From an uncultured Acidobacteriota bacterium (GTDB taxonomy: Bacteria; Acidobacteriota; Polarisedimenticolia; J045): a DNA stretch of 64,000 nt. A program made the position numbers and the translations under genes. Position 1 is the first letter of the stretch. Each line of letters begins with the position of its first letter. Positions 1-9,893 of this stretch are shown here, piece after piece. The notes under the pieces are model-generated. The model had not been told where the DNA came from and did not search any database. It worked only from the letters and a program-made list of their open reading frames with translations. The DNA is taken from assembly GCA_963702425.1 (NCBI GenBank), contig CAVPCQ010000032.1, forward strand, positions 169,901 through 233,900, read 5' to 3'.

Positions 1-1623
1 GAGGCGTATCACCGCTTTTCCGGCTGGCTGCTGGGCGACCTTGCAGGCTCGCCGTCCCCGGCGAGCGACCTCGACCTCGCGATCCGCATCGCGGAGCGGA
101 TGCGCGCCCGGACACTGCTCGACGAACTCGATGCTGCGCATGTGCAACCATCCGCCGGCCGGGACGGCCCTCTCGGCGGGCGGCGGGCCGATGTACTCCG
201 GCAAGATCGGCGAGGTCCAGAAGCGTCTGCTGGCGCCGTCCCTGGCCGCCGGAGACCGGCAGTCCGCGCTCGACGAACTCGAGCGCCTGGAAGCCGAGGA
301 GGAGGACCTCCGGGATGCCCTTGCGCGCCAGGACCCCACCTTCGCGCGGCGGCGGGCGCCGTCGATCCCGTCGCTCGCCGAGCTGCAGGCGCGGCTTGCG
401 GGCGACCAGGCGCTGCTGCTGTATCAGCTTTCGAGGCACGGGCGCTCCGCGTGGCGGAAACTCGACGCCGGCGGCTCGTGGGTCGTGGTGATGACGCGCG
501 ACGAGGCGCGCGCGATCGCCCTTCCCGATGAGGACGTCCTCGAAGCGCAGATCGCGGTGTTCGTCGGCCTGTTCCTCCGTCGCGACGGCTCGGAGCGCGC
601 CGCCGCCGGGGAACTCGGCCACGCGCTGCTGGCGGCGGCACTGAACGAGGCGCCGCCCAGGGTCCGCCGCCTGGTGATCGTTCCGGACGGCGTGCTGCAC
701 CAGCTTCCGTTCGAGGCCCTCGCCGTGGACGGATCGGGCGCGCCCGTGATCGAGCGCTACGAGGTCGCCTATGCGCCGTCGGCGGCGCTGTGGCTCCGCT
801 GGCAGCGAGGACGACCGGCCGGCCACGACCGGGGGCGTCCGGTCGCTGGCCGATCCGCTGCTCCCGGTCGCACCAGCCGCGGCAATCCAGCGCACCGCCG
901 ACGGCTGGCTGGAGGGGTTGCGTCTCGGCCCGCTCGGTTCGCGATGCCGCGAGGGAAGCACCGAGGAGGGCCGGGAGAGGCGGTCGCGCACGCGGTGAGG
1001 CCACGGAGAAGCGCCTGAAGACGACCTCGCTCGGGGACTTCAGCGTGATCCACCTGGCGGCGCACGCCGTGGTGGACGACGACCATCCCGAGCGCTCGGC
1101 GGTCGTCCTTGCCCCGGGGGACGGCGAGGAGGACGGCCTGCTGCAGGCGTCCGAGATCGCCGGCCTGGACCTGCGGGGGAAGGTCGTCATCCTGTCGGCG
1201 TGCCGCACCGCGTCGGGGGCAGTGCTCGAGGGCGAAGGCGTAATGGGCCTGGCGCGCGCCTTCTTCGAGGCGGGAGCCCGGGCCGTCGTCGGCAGCCTGT
1301 GGCCACTTCGGGACGACGACGCGGCGGCCCTGATGGAGCAGCTCTCGCGGGAGCTCGCGCGCGGACAGCCTGTGGCGGCAGCGCTCGCGGACGCACGGCG
1401 GGAACGTCTCGCTGCCGGCGCGCCCACCGCCGCCTGGGCGGGTTTGGTGGTCCTCGGAGACGGCGACGCGGCGCCGCTGGCCGCGCGGCGCGGCGAAGCC
1501 GGTGCAGCGCCGCGCTGGCTCTGGTGGCTGGTTCCGACCGCCGTCCTGGCCGGCGCCGGATTCCTGGCGTACCGCGTCGTGCGCCGCATCCGGAACCCGC
1601 AGGGGTGCAGCGCGACGAGGTGA
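1..1623 (+). CDS. CHAT-domain (caspase-like) protein, 5'-truncated by window, frameshifted around 830-1000, C-terminal membrane anchor
   Basis: LVIVPDGVLHQLPFEAL in frame 41..1018; IHLAAHA (His), LSACRT (Cys), GLARAFFEAGARAVVGSLW and WAGLVVLGD in frame 790..1623. Confidence 0.85.
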
Positions 1624-1696
1624 GGCGTCGCCCGGCGTCCCGAAGGACTCCGTTGGGCGGCTCGCTGTGGCAACCCGACCGACCCTGGCGGCCCGA

Positions 1697-1725
1697 TTGA
1701 CAAGCGCCGCGGTCCGGCGCGTCTT
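1697..1725 (+). promoter_or_regulatory. Candidate promoter upstream of ECF sigma
   Basis: TTGACA-N17-CGTCTT; a CGTC -10 element is typical of ECF promoters. Confidence 0.3.
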
Positions 1726-1726
1726 T

Positions 1727-2341
1727 ATGGGTGTGGGCCCGCGGGAACAGGGGAAGTACGGCGCGCCACAGCCGGAGGAGGGTTCCCCCTCCCGGCCCGC
1801 CGTCGATCCGTCCGCCGGGCGCTTCCGCGAGCTGTTCGACGCCCTCGCGAGCGGCAGCGTGGACGCCCTCGCGCCGCTCTACGACCTCTTTGCGGCCGAG
1901 TTGCACGGGCTGGCCCTCTGGCGCACCGGCTCGCGCGAGGACGCGGACGACGTCGTGCAGGAGCTGTTCTGCCGCCTGGCCGAGCAGCGGCATCGCCTGC
2001 GGAAGGTCGAGAACCCGCGCGCGTTTCTCCTCGCGATCGTCCATCGGCTGGCGATCGACCGGCACCGAGCGCGCCGGCGGCGCCCCGAATCGCCGCTCGA
2101 GACTGCACTCCTCGTGGCGGCACCGGAGGTCGACCCCTCCGTCGCCGAGGACGCGCGGCGCGCGTCCCGCGCGCTGGCGCAGCTCCCGGCCCCGCAACGC
2201 GAGGCGCTCTACCTGCACCAGATGTGCGATCTCCCGTACGCCTCGGTGGGACGCATCACCGGCGTCCCGACCTTCACCGCGGCGAGCCGCTGCCGGCTGG
2301 GCCTGCGCGCGCTGCGCCGCCTCCTGGAGCTCGAGCCATGA
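1727..2341 (+). CDS. ECF (sigma-70 group 4) RNA polymerase sigma factor
   Basis: DADDVVQELF, AFLLAIVHRLAIDRHR (region 2) and ALAQLPAPQREALYL (region 4); start uncertain. Confidence 0.9.
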   Translation: MGVGPREQGKYGAPQPEEGSPSRPAVDPSAGRFRELFDALASGSVDALAPLYDLFAAELHGLALWRTGSREDADDVVQELFCRLAEQRHRLRKVENPRAFLLAIVHRLAIDRHRARRRRPESPLETALLVAAPEVDPSVAEDARRASRALAQLPAPQREALYLHQMCDLPYASVGRITGVPTFTAASRCRLGLRALRRLLELEP

Positions 2342-2691
2342 CTGATCCCCGCCCCGAACGGGACCCGCTCGCCGGATTCCGTGCTCCGCCGCCCGACGCG
2401 GTCCTGCGGGCTCGCACCCTGGCCACGGCACGAGTGGCGCTGGAACGGCGCGCGGCGCCGAGCGGCTGGCGTGCCGCGCTCGCCGGCCTGCGTGCGTCCC
2501 CGGCGCTGGCCTCGCTGGTCGCCTTGCTGCTGCTCGCGCACGCGCTGCTCTTCCTGGTCCCACCGTCGCAGCGGAGCGCGATCCCGGACCGTTCCCCCTC
2601 GGCGGTCCAACTGCGGGAACTCGCTGGGGCGGCCCCCGAAGTCGCGCCGCTCCCGCAGGTCCGGCCGCTGGCCGTCCCGATCGAGTCATAG
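2338..2691 (+). CDS. Putative single-TM anti-sigma factor
   Basis: ATGA overlap with sigma stop; one hydrophobic segment (LASLVALLLLAHALLFLV). Confidence 0.6.
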   Translation: MTDPRPERDPLAGFRAPPPDAVLRARTLATARVALERRAAPSGWRAALAGLRASPALASLVALLLLAHALLFLVPPSQRSAIPDRSPSAVQLRELAGAAPEVAPLPQVRPLAVPIES

Positions 2692-2707
2692 AGAAGCGGA
2701 GGCTCCG

Positions 2708-3859
2708 ATGTCGATCCGGTACCGACCCTCCCGCACCTTCAAGGGGGCGCTTGCGACGCTTGCCGCCTTGCTGCTGGTGCTACTGATCGCTCGGGCGATC
2801 GTGCTCTGGGAGGGGTCCGCACCACCTGCGCCGGCGCCTCGCCCGGTCGTCGCGTCCGCCGCGCCGGATCACGCGCCGCCCGCGACGGTGCCCGCGCCGC
2901 GGCGCGTCGGCCTCGCGGACATGCCGGCCCCCTTCCCCTGGACCCGCTCCACCCCGCTTCCGCAGCCGCTCCGCTTCCGGGTCGATCTCGACCTGCTCGC
3001 GCCGCTCGGCACGGGCCCGGCGAACGCGGCGATCTGGTTCCGCGACTTCGCCAAGCTGGACGGCAGCCGCAGCGCGTGGGGGAGCGAGAAGCGCGTGATC
3101 CGTCCCGTGGGCGGGATCGACGAGAGCGTCTTCCCGCCCGACGACCCGGTCCTTCTCGAAGCGGAGCCGTGGGTCGACCAGGCCACCATGCGCTTCTACC
3201 CGGACGTGTGGCCGATGGCCGGACCCGAGACGCAGATCCCGAATCTTCTCTTCGAGATCACGCTCGCGAAGTCCTGGGCGGCACGCGCGGATGCGACGCG
3301 CGACGCCGCGCTGGCAAAGGAGGACTATCGGCGTGCCGTCCGCCTGGGCCGGCTGATCCTGCAGGACGACGTCACGCTGATCTCGAACCTGGTCGGCCTG
3401 GCGTGCGTCCGGATCGGGGCCCGTGGCCTCTACGAGCAGGCGCGCCGCGAGGGGGACGCCGAGACGATGCTCGCCGCCAGCCTCGCGCTGCACGACGCCG
3501 ACTGCATTCGCCAGCTCGCCGCGGAGCGGCTCACGAAAATCACCGTAAGCAATGAGCTGCGCTGGCACTGGTCGCGTCCGCTCAGCCCGACGATCCGCGC
3601 CACGGACGAGCAGTTCGAGGCCGCACTCGCGATGGCGAAGACGGACCCCTCGCACGCCCTGCGGCTCGAGGCGCAGTGGGCGCTCATGGGTTACGTCCTC
3701 GCCGGAACTCGAATGCAGGGACGGCAGGCGCGCGAAGCGCTCGCCGAACTCTCCCACGACCCGGACTCGCTCGTCGCGGCGTCGGCACGCGCGACGCTGG
3801 AAGCGGCGGACCGAACCGGTCTGCGGGAACTGCTGCGGATGCTGAAGGCCGGGCCGTAG
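2708..3859 (+). CDS. Membrane-anchored helical hypothetical protein; degenerate paralog at about 56490-57161
   Basis: N-terminal TM, Pro/Ala linker; RLGRLILQDDVTLISNLVGLACVR matches the paralog. Confidence 0.75.
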   Translation: MSIRYRPSRTFKGALATLAALLLVLLIARAIVLWEGSAPPAPAPRPVVASAAPDHAPPATVPAPRRVGLADMPAPFPWTRSTPLPQPLRFRVDLDLLAPLGTGPANAAIWFRDFAKLDGSRSAWGSEKRVIRPVGGIDESVFPPDDPVLLEAEPWVDQATMRFYPDVWPMAGPETQIPNLLFEITLAKSWAARADATRDAALAKEDYRRAVRLGRLILQDDVTLISNLVGLACVRIGARGLYEQARREGDAETMLAASLALHDADCIRQLAAERLTKITVSNELRWHWSRPLSPTIRATDEQFEAALAMAKTDPSHALRLEAQWALMGYVLAGTRMQGRQAREALAELSHDPDSLVAASARATLEAADRTGLRELLRMLKAGP

Positions 3860-3867
3860 GAGAGGAT

Positions 3868-3892
3868 CGGGCCGGCACGGAGGCCGGCCCCT
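3868..3892. repeat. GTAG-type REP palindrome (family A), partial
   Basis: cgggccggcacggaggccggcccct, same core as 26029-26055 and 34724-34750. Confidence 0.8.
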
Positions 3893-3896
3893 TGGT

Positions 3897-4478
3897 TCAG
3901 CGAGCGAGCGCCTTCTCGAGCGTCGCCGTCAGCTCAGCCGACATCGGCTCCACCGCGGGCTCGAAGCGCGCGATCACGGTGCCGTCCTTCCCCACGAGGA
4001 ACTTGGTGAAGTTCCAGCGCACCTCGCCCTTGATCCCGTCGGGCGTCTTCTCGGTCAGCACCCGGTAGAGCGGCGCGATCTCCGGCCCCTTCGCGTGGAC
4101 CTTGGCCATCATCGGGAAGCTGACTCCGTACTTCTTCCTGCAGAAGGTCGCGATCTCGGTCGCGCTGCCCGGCTCCTGGCCGCCGAAGTCGTTCGAGGGG
4201 AAGCCGACGACGACGAGGCCGCGGTCCTTGTAGGTCTCGTACAGCTTCTCCAGCCCGGCGTACTGCGGGGTGTAGCCGCACTGCGACGCGGTGTTGACGA
4301 TCAGCAGCACCTTGCCGCGGAAAGAAGTCAGGTCGACGGTGGCGCCGTCCAGCGCCTGAACGGTCTGGTCGATCACGGGAGCGCCTCCGGGGGCGGGAGC
4401 CGCGGCGAACGTCGCCGGGGCCGTGGGCAGTGCGAAGCAGGCGATGAGTGCAACAAGGAACGTGCGGCAGGAGGGCAT
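3897..4478 (-). CDS. Exported Cys-type glutathione peroxidase
   Basis: Signal peptide; NTASQCGYTPQY, GFPSNDFGGQEPG and WNFTKFL motifs. Confidence 0.92.
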   Translation of the reverse strand: MPSCRTFLVALIACFALPTAPATFAAAPAPGGAPVIDQTVQALDGATVDLTSFRGKVLLIVNTASQCGYTPQYAGLEKLYETYKDRGLVVVGFPSNDFGGQEPGSATEIATFCRKKYGVSFPMMAKVHAKGPEIAPLYRVLTEKTPDGIKGEVRWNFTKFLVGKDGTVIARFEPAVEPMSAELTATLEKALAR

Positions 4479-4625
4479 CCTGGACTCCGGGCAGTCCCGG
4501 AAGGGGGACCGAGCCGAAGACGATAGCGCGCGGCGTGGGGTACGGCCAATCGCGCCCGGCTGACGGTGCGCGTCGACGGGGTTCGCCCGGCCGGTCCCGC
4601 GCCCGCCCGCTGGTATCATTCCGCC

Positions 4626-5342
4626 ATGGCTGCCCCGCTTCCCGACGGCGACGGCCGCTTCCTCGCCGACCTCGACGTCACGCTCGACCTGCCCCTGGCA
4701 GGGATCGGGACGCGTGCGCTGGCCCAGGCACTCGACCTGCTTCTACTCGGTGCGCTGGCCGTCGTGACGGCCTTCGCGATCGTCGCGCTTTCAGCCGGGC
4801 TGCAGTGGAGCGGGCCGTGGGTCCTGCTGCCGATCTGCGTTCTCGCGCTCCCGTGGGCCTACTTCATCGCCTTCGAGCTGGCGCTGGGAGGGCAGTCGCC
4901 GGGCAAGCGGGTCCTCGCGCTGCGCGTCGTGCGCGACGATGGCGGGGAGATCGGCCCGCTCGCGTCGATCGTCCGGAATCTCCTGCGGCCGATCGACTTT
5001 CTCCCCGCAGCCTACGGGGTCGGGCTCGTGGTGATGTTCCTGAACCGGCACCAGAAGCGGCTCGGCGACCTCGCCGCGGGGACGGTCGTGGTCCGCGAGG
5101 CACATCGCGGCGCCGTGCTCGAGTCGCACCGCTGGCCGGAGCGGTTCCGCCCGCAGGATGTCGCGCTCGTCGAGGGGTTCCTCGCGCGGGCGGCGACGCT
5201 GCTCCCCGACCGCCGCGAGGAGCTGGCCTCGCAGCTGCTGCTCTGGCTGCAGCGCGACCACGCCGAGTTCGTCGGCGCGGTCCCGCCCGGCGAGGCGGCC
5301 CGGGAGACGATCGAGCGGCTTTTCGTCGGCGGCGCGGACTGA
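4626..5342 (+). CDS. RDD family membrane protein
   Basis: R..A..LD, GQSPGKRVLALRVV, RNLLRPIDFLP, KRLGDLAAGTVVV. Confidence 0.92.
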   Translation: MAAPLPDGDGRFLADLDVTLDLPLAGIGTRALAQALDLLLLGALAVVTAFAIVALSAGLQWSGPWVLLPICVLALPWAYFIAFELALGGQSPGKRVLALRVVRDDGGEIGPLASIVRNLLRPIDFLPAAYGVGLVVMFLNRHQKRLGDLAAGTVVVREAHRGAVLESHRWPERFRPQDVALVEGFLARAATLLPDRREELASQLLLWLQRDHAEFVGAVPPGEAARETIERLFVGGAD

Positions 5343-5349
5343 GGCGCGG

Positions 5350-6309
5350 ATGGACTACCGGACGTTCCTCGAACGCGGGCGCGCGGAGTGGGACGCGGCG
5401 GAGTCGCTGCTCGCCCGCACGCGCCGCGCCGGACTGGCCGGCCTGCGCCACGCCGAGCTGGAGCGGCTCGCGTCGGTCCATCGCCGGGTCGTCTCGGACT
5501 TCGCCTTTGCGCGCAGCCAATTCCCCGGGACCGCGGCCGAGGCGCGGCTGCGCGCCCTCGCCTTCGCCGGCCACCGCACCCTCGGCCGGCGCGAGGAGCC
5601 GGTGCTGCCGCAGCTCCGACACTTCTTCCTCGGCGGAGGCTACGCGCGGGTCTTCCGCGCTGCGTCTGCCGAACTCGGGATCGCGCTCGCGATCTTCCTC
5701 GGAGCCGTCCTGCTGGGCGCGACGATCACGGTCGTGCGGCCGGAGTTCGCCGCCTACTTCCTCGGCCAGGAGACGCTGGAGTCGCTGCGGGACGGGGAGT
5801 TCTGGGTCGATCGCCTCTTCCGGATGGCCCCGCCGGCGTTGCTCTCCTCGGCAATCTTCAGCAACAACATCGGTGTCGCGCTCGTGGCGTGGGCCGGCGG
5901 GGCGCTCGCCGGCCTCCCGACGGTGTACCTCCTGGCGCAGAACGGGATGATGCTCGGCAGCATCTTCGTCGCCGCAGGCCAGTCGGGAATGACGCCGCGG
6001 CTGGCGACCTTCATCGCCGCCCACGGTCCGCTGGAGCTCTCGCTGATCATCGTCGCCAGCGCCGCCGGGCTGCAGCTCGCGCGGGGGGCGATCGAGCCGG
6101 GCCTGCCGAGCCGGGCGGCGGGCTTCGCCGAAGGCGGCCGCCGCTCGGTGAAGCTGATGCTCGGAACGGTCCCGTGGTTCGTCGTGCTCGGCCTGGTCGA
6201 GGCGTTCGTCTCGCCGGCCGCGGAGATTCCCATGGCAGCGAAGTCGGCACTCGGATGGGGCCTGCTCGGACTGTTCCTGGTCTGGGCCCTGGATCGGAGG
6301 GAGAAATGA
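5350..6309 (+). CDS. SpoIIM (DUF95) family membrane protein
   Basis: IFSNNIGVA, NGMMLG, HGPLEL and LVEAFVSP motifs. Confidence 0.9.
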   Translation: MDYRTFLERGRAEWDAAESLLARTRRAGLAGLRHAELERLASVHRRVVSDFAFARSQFPGTAAEARLRALAFAGHRTLGRREEPVLPQLRHFFLGGGYARVFRAASAELGIALAIFLGAVLLGATITVVRPEFAAYFLGQETLESLRDGEFWVDRLFRMAPPALLSSAIFSNNIGVALVAWAGGALAGLPTVYLLAQNGMMLGSIFVAAGQSGMTPRLATFIAAHGPLELSLIIVASAAGLQLARGAIEPGLPSRAAGFAEGGRRSVKLMLGTVPWFVVLGLVEAFVSPAAEIPMAAKSALGWGLLGLFLVWALDRREK

Positions 6310-7157
6310 GTGAGGCACCCGGGTCACTCTCGTTCGCGGAGGTCGTCGATCGCCCGATCGGGCTGGTACGGCAGCACTTCGGCCGGCTGCTGGCGGTCCC
6401 GCTCGTCGTGGAGCTGCCGCTGGCCGTGGTCACCGCGCTCCTTCAGTCGCGCCTCGGCGGGCTCGTCGCGGATCCCGCGAACCCGACGGCGGTCTTCGAA
6501 GCGCTGGTACCGCTCTACGCGGTCATGCTGCTGACCATGGTGGTCCACATGTTCGTACGGATCGCCGTCTACCACGCCGTTGCGGCGGCGCTCGACGGCC
6601 GGTCGACCTCGATCGGCGTGGCGTACGGCGCGGCCTTCTCGCCGCGCCCCGCGCTGACGGTGATCCTGGGGGCGATCCTGGTCGCGATCGGCATGTTCTG
6701 CTGCCTGGCACCGGGACTGATCCTCTGGATCTACTTCGCCTTCGTGATCCCGATCGTGCTGTCTGAGCGACTCGCCTTCGGGGCCGCGCTGCGCCGGTCG
6801 ATGACGCTCGTCGGCTGGAACCCGACCGGGCGCTTCGCCTACACGACGCAGTTGAAGGTGGTGCTCATCGGGCTGATCTTCGTGCTCGTCACGTACTCCC
6901 TGACCCTGCTCGTCGGGATTCCCGCCTTCGGCTGGGGGATCTTCAACGGCTTCAAGATGGCCTCAGGAGGGGGGACGCTGGAGGCCGCCCCGCTCTGGCT
7001 CCTGCTCCCGGTGTCGCTGGGGCAGGCGCTCGTCACCGCGATCGTCGGCCTCTACCCGGCTGTGGCGCTCACGCTGCTGTACCGCGACACCCGTGAGCGG
7101 ATGGAGGGGTCCGCGCTCGAGGACGCGATCCGCGAGCGGCTCGGTGAGGGGCCGTGA
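6306..7157 (+). CDS. Multi-pass membrane protein (GDPD membrane-domain-like)
   Basis: ATGA coupling; several TMs; ALRRS..L and LLYRD.RERMEG motifs. Confidence 0.75.
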   Translation: MSEAPGSLSFAEVVDRPIGLVRQHFGRLLAVPLVVELPLAVVTALLQSRLGGLVADPANPTAVFEALVPLYAVMLLTMVVHMFVRIAVYHAVAAALDGRSTSIGVAYGAAFSPRPALTVILGAILVAIGMFCCLAPGLILWIYFAFVIPIVLSERLAFGAALRRSMTLVGWNPTGRFAYTTQLKVVLIGLIFVLVTYSLTLLVGIPAFGWGIFNGFKMASGGGTLEAAPLWLLLPVSLGQALVTAIVGLYPAVALTLLYRDTRERMEGSALEDAIRERLGEGP

Positions 7158-7792
7158 GGCGTGTCGCCGCGTTCGCGTTCCTCGCGGTGGCCGACCCGGA
7201 CACCGCGCTCCTGCGACAGGTCGCCGTGCAGGAGCGCGTCGCGACCAGCGAGAGCGTGTCGGTCGCCGAGTACCTCGTCCACCTGCGCCAGTGGCTCCTC
7301 GAACGGCTCGCCGGGGGGCTTGCGAAGAGCGGTCTTTTCGGCGTCCTGATCCGCATCCTCCCCTGGATTCTGCTGGCAGTGGTCGTCTTCGGAATCGGCT
7401 GGCAGGTCTACTGCTGGTTCCGCGATGGCGTCCCGTCCCGCGGTACGCGGCGCGACCCGCAGGCCGAAGCGCTGCCTGCGGAGACGGCGGCGACCGACCT
7501 GCGCGCGCGGCTCGACGAGTGCCTCGCGCGGGGTGACGGCCGGGGCGCGTTGGGAGCGCTGTGGCGACTCGTCGCGACCACGCTCGAGACGCGAGGTCTC
7601 GGCCGCTTCGCCGAGGAGCGCACGAATCGCGAGTTCGTGGAGACGGTGCGACAGGCCGATCCCGCCTGGGGCCGGCTGCCGCGGTTGACCGACTTCGCGC
7701 GCGCAACCGATCGCCTGCTCTACGGGCAGCACGAGGTCGGGCCGGCCGCAGTGCGCGCGCTGCTTCCCGCGGCCGAGGAGCTGCTCGCGTGA
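7154..7792 (+). CDS. DUF4129 domain protein
   Basis: TM followed by RTNREF and DRLLYG; operon context. Confidence 0.8.
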   Translation: MRRVAAFAFLAVADPDTALLRQVAVQERVATSESVSVAEYLVHLRQWLLERLAGGLAKSGLFGVLIRILPWILLAVVVFGIGWQVYCWFRDGVPSRGTRRDPQAEALPAETAATDLRARLDECLARGDGRGALGALWRLVATTLETRGLGRFAEERTNREFVETVRQADPAWGRLPRLTDFARATDRLLYGQHEVGPAAVRALLPAAEELLA

Positions 7793-8910
7793 AGCGACGC
7801 ACCATCGTCCTTTCGCTGCTCGCGCTCTTCGCGCTGGCGATGGCGCTCCTCGCCGAGCGCCCGACCCCGCCGGTCTCGGTGCGGAGCCGCGCGCCGCGGG
7901 GGCTGCGCGCCGCCTTCCACTATCTCGAGCGGCGCGGTCTCGATGTCCGCGCGTGGGAGCACCCCCTCGCCCGCCTCCCCGAGCCGCCGGGGCTGCTGAT
8001 CATCGCCATGCCGCTCGCCGCCCCGCCGCTGCGCGAGGACCTCGAGGCGCTCGAGCGCTGGTCCCAGCGAGGGGGCAACACGCTGCTGCTGGCCGATCCG
8101 TCCGGTGCGGGGGCCTACGACGCGGCGCTGCTCGCCGCCTTCGGCCTGTCTCCGGTGCACGCCCAGGCCGAACCGCCGCTCGGCTGGCCCGGCTGGCGGC
8201 GCTGGCGCACCGCTGAGAGCGGATTGGCTCCCGCTCCCGCGCGCGCCGCCGCAGGGCGGACCGCCCGGCCGGTCATCCTGACGGGCGCCGCCCGCATCGG
8301 CGAACCGCCGAACACCGAGGCCTGGCTCCTCGACGACAAGGGGACGGCCTTCGTATTCGAGATCCCGCGCGGGCGCGGCCGGCTGGTCGTCGTCAACAAC
8401 GCGACGCTGCTCGCGAACGCCTGGCTGGCGCGCGACGGCAACCTCGCCTGGCTCGAGGAGATGCTCGGCGAGCTCGTCCCGGCGGGAGGGGCGGTGCTCT
8501 TCGACGAGTGGCACCAGGGGTACCGCGACGCCAGCGGGGAGACGCAGTCCGGGTCCGGCCTCGCGCTCACGCTGCTGCTCGCGCACCTCGGTTTCCTCTA
8601 CCTCGGGATCGTGTTCGTGCTGGCGCGGCCGTTCGGCCCGCGCCTGGCCGCCGAGGGCACGACCCCCGGCTCGATCGGCCGATCCCTGCTCGCCCTGGCC
8701 TCGTTGCACCGCGTCGGGCGGCACGCCGCCGAGGCCGGTCAGCTTCTGCTCGATCACGCCCGCCGCCTGGTCCCCGCGGAGCCGGGCGACGACCCGCTCC
8801 CCGAGCGCTTCGAAGGGGGAGAGGCGGAGTTCCTCGCGCTGGCCCGCATGGTCGGGGAGCGCCAGCAGCGGCGGGGTCGCCCGCCGCCCGTCCCGGAGGA
8901 TCCACGATGA
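7789..8910 (+). CDS. DUF4350 domain protein
   Basis: GTGA coupling; [13 protein letters not shown]...[16 protein letters not shown]. Confidence 0.8.
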   Translation: MKRRTIVLSLLALFALAMALLAERPTPPVSVRSRAPRGLRAAFHYLERRGLDVRAWEHPLARLPEPPGLLIIAMPLAAPPLREDLEALERWSQRGGNTLLLADPSGAGAYDAALLAAFGLSPVHAQAEPPLGWPGWRRWRTAESGLAPAPARAAAGRTARPVILTGAARIGEPPNTEAWLLDDKGTAFVFEIPRGRGRLVVVNNATLLANAWLARDGNLAWLEEMLGELVPAGGAVLFDEWHQGYRDASGETQSGSGLALTLLLAHLGFLYLGIVFVLARPFGPRLAAEGTTPGSIGRSLLALASLHRVGRHAAEAGQLLLDHARRLVPAEPGDDPLPERFEGGEAEFLALARMVGERQQRRGRPPPVPEDPR

Positions 8911-9893
8911 CGACGTTCGACGATCCATCGCCGCTCACCCCCGCCGAAGCCGCGGCTCGACTCGTCGCGCTGCGCGAGGCGCTCGCCGGCGTCGTGGTCG
9001 GCCAGGGAGCGCCGCTCGACGAGATCATGGCGGCGCTCTTCGTCGGCGGGCACGTCCTGCTCGAGGGGGTCCCCGGCGTGGCCAAGACCCTGCTCGCGCG
9101 CGCACTCGCCGCGGCGCTGGGGCTCGAGTTCCGGCGCGTGCAGTTCACCCCCGATCTGATGCCGGCGGACGTCATCGGGACGAACGTCTTCGACTTCCAG
9201 CGCGGCCTGTTCCACCTGCAGAAGGGGCCGGTCTTCACCGAGGTCCTGCTTGCCGACGAGATCAACCGCACGCCGCCGAAGACCCAGGCGGCCCTGCTCG
9301 AGGCAATGCAGGAGCGGCAGGTGACGATCGACGGGGTGAGCCATCCGCTGGCGCCCTCGTTCTTCGTGATCGCAACCCAGAACCCGCTCGAGCACGAGGG
9401 GACCTATCCGCTCCCGGAAGCCCAGCTCGACCGCTTCCTGATGAAGGTCCTCGTCGGCTACCCGGCCGCGGCGGAAGAGCTGGAGATCTACCGCCGCTTC
9501 CTCGACGGCCGCGTGCGGCTCACGTCGACCGACCTCGGGCTGCCCGCCGTGCTCGCGCCGGGGGAGTTGCCGCGCCTGCGCGCCGCGCTCGGCGGGGTGC
9601 GGGTGGAGGAGCCGCTGCTCGGCTACCTCCACGCGATCGTCGAGGCGACGCGGCGCGCGCCGCAGCTCGCGGCGGGCGCGAGCCCGCGCGCCGGGATCGC
9701 CCTGCTGGCCGCGGCCCGCGCCTGGGCGGCGATGGAAGGGCGCGACTTCGCGATCCCCGACGACTTCAAACGGATGGCCCGTCCGGTCCTGCGCCACCGG
9801 CTGATCGCGACCCCCGAGACGGAGCTCGAGGGGAAAGGGACCGAAGAGATCCTCGGGACGCTGCTCGACCGGATCGAGGTGCCGCGCGGATGA
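8907..9893 (+). CDS. moxR: MoxR family AAA+ ATPase
   Basis: [58 protein letters not shown]. Confidence 0.96.
   Translation: MTTFDDPSPLTPAEAAARLVALREALAGVVVGQGAPLDEIMAALFVGGHVLLEGVPGVAKTLLARALAAALGLEFRRVQFTPDLMPADVIGTNVFDFQRGLFHLQKGPVFTEVLLADEINRTPPKTQAALLEAMQERQVTIDGVSHPLAPSFFVIATQNPLEHEGTYPLPEAQLDRFLMKVLVGYPAAAEELEIYRRFLDGRVRLTSTDLGLPAVLAPGELPRLRAALGGVRVEEPLLGYLHAIVEATRRAPQLAAGASPRAGIALLAAARAWAAMEGRDFAIPDDFKRMARPVLRHRLIATPETELEGKGTEEILGTLLDRIEVPRG

Noticed and set aside
3897-4478. Selenocysteine glutathione peroxidase
   Set aside because: The active-site codon is TGC (Cys)
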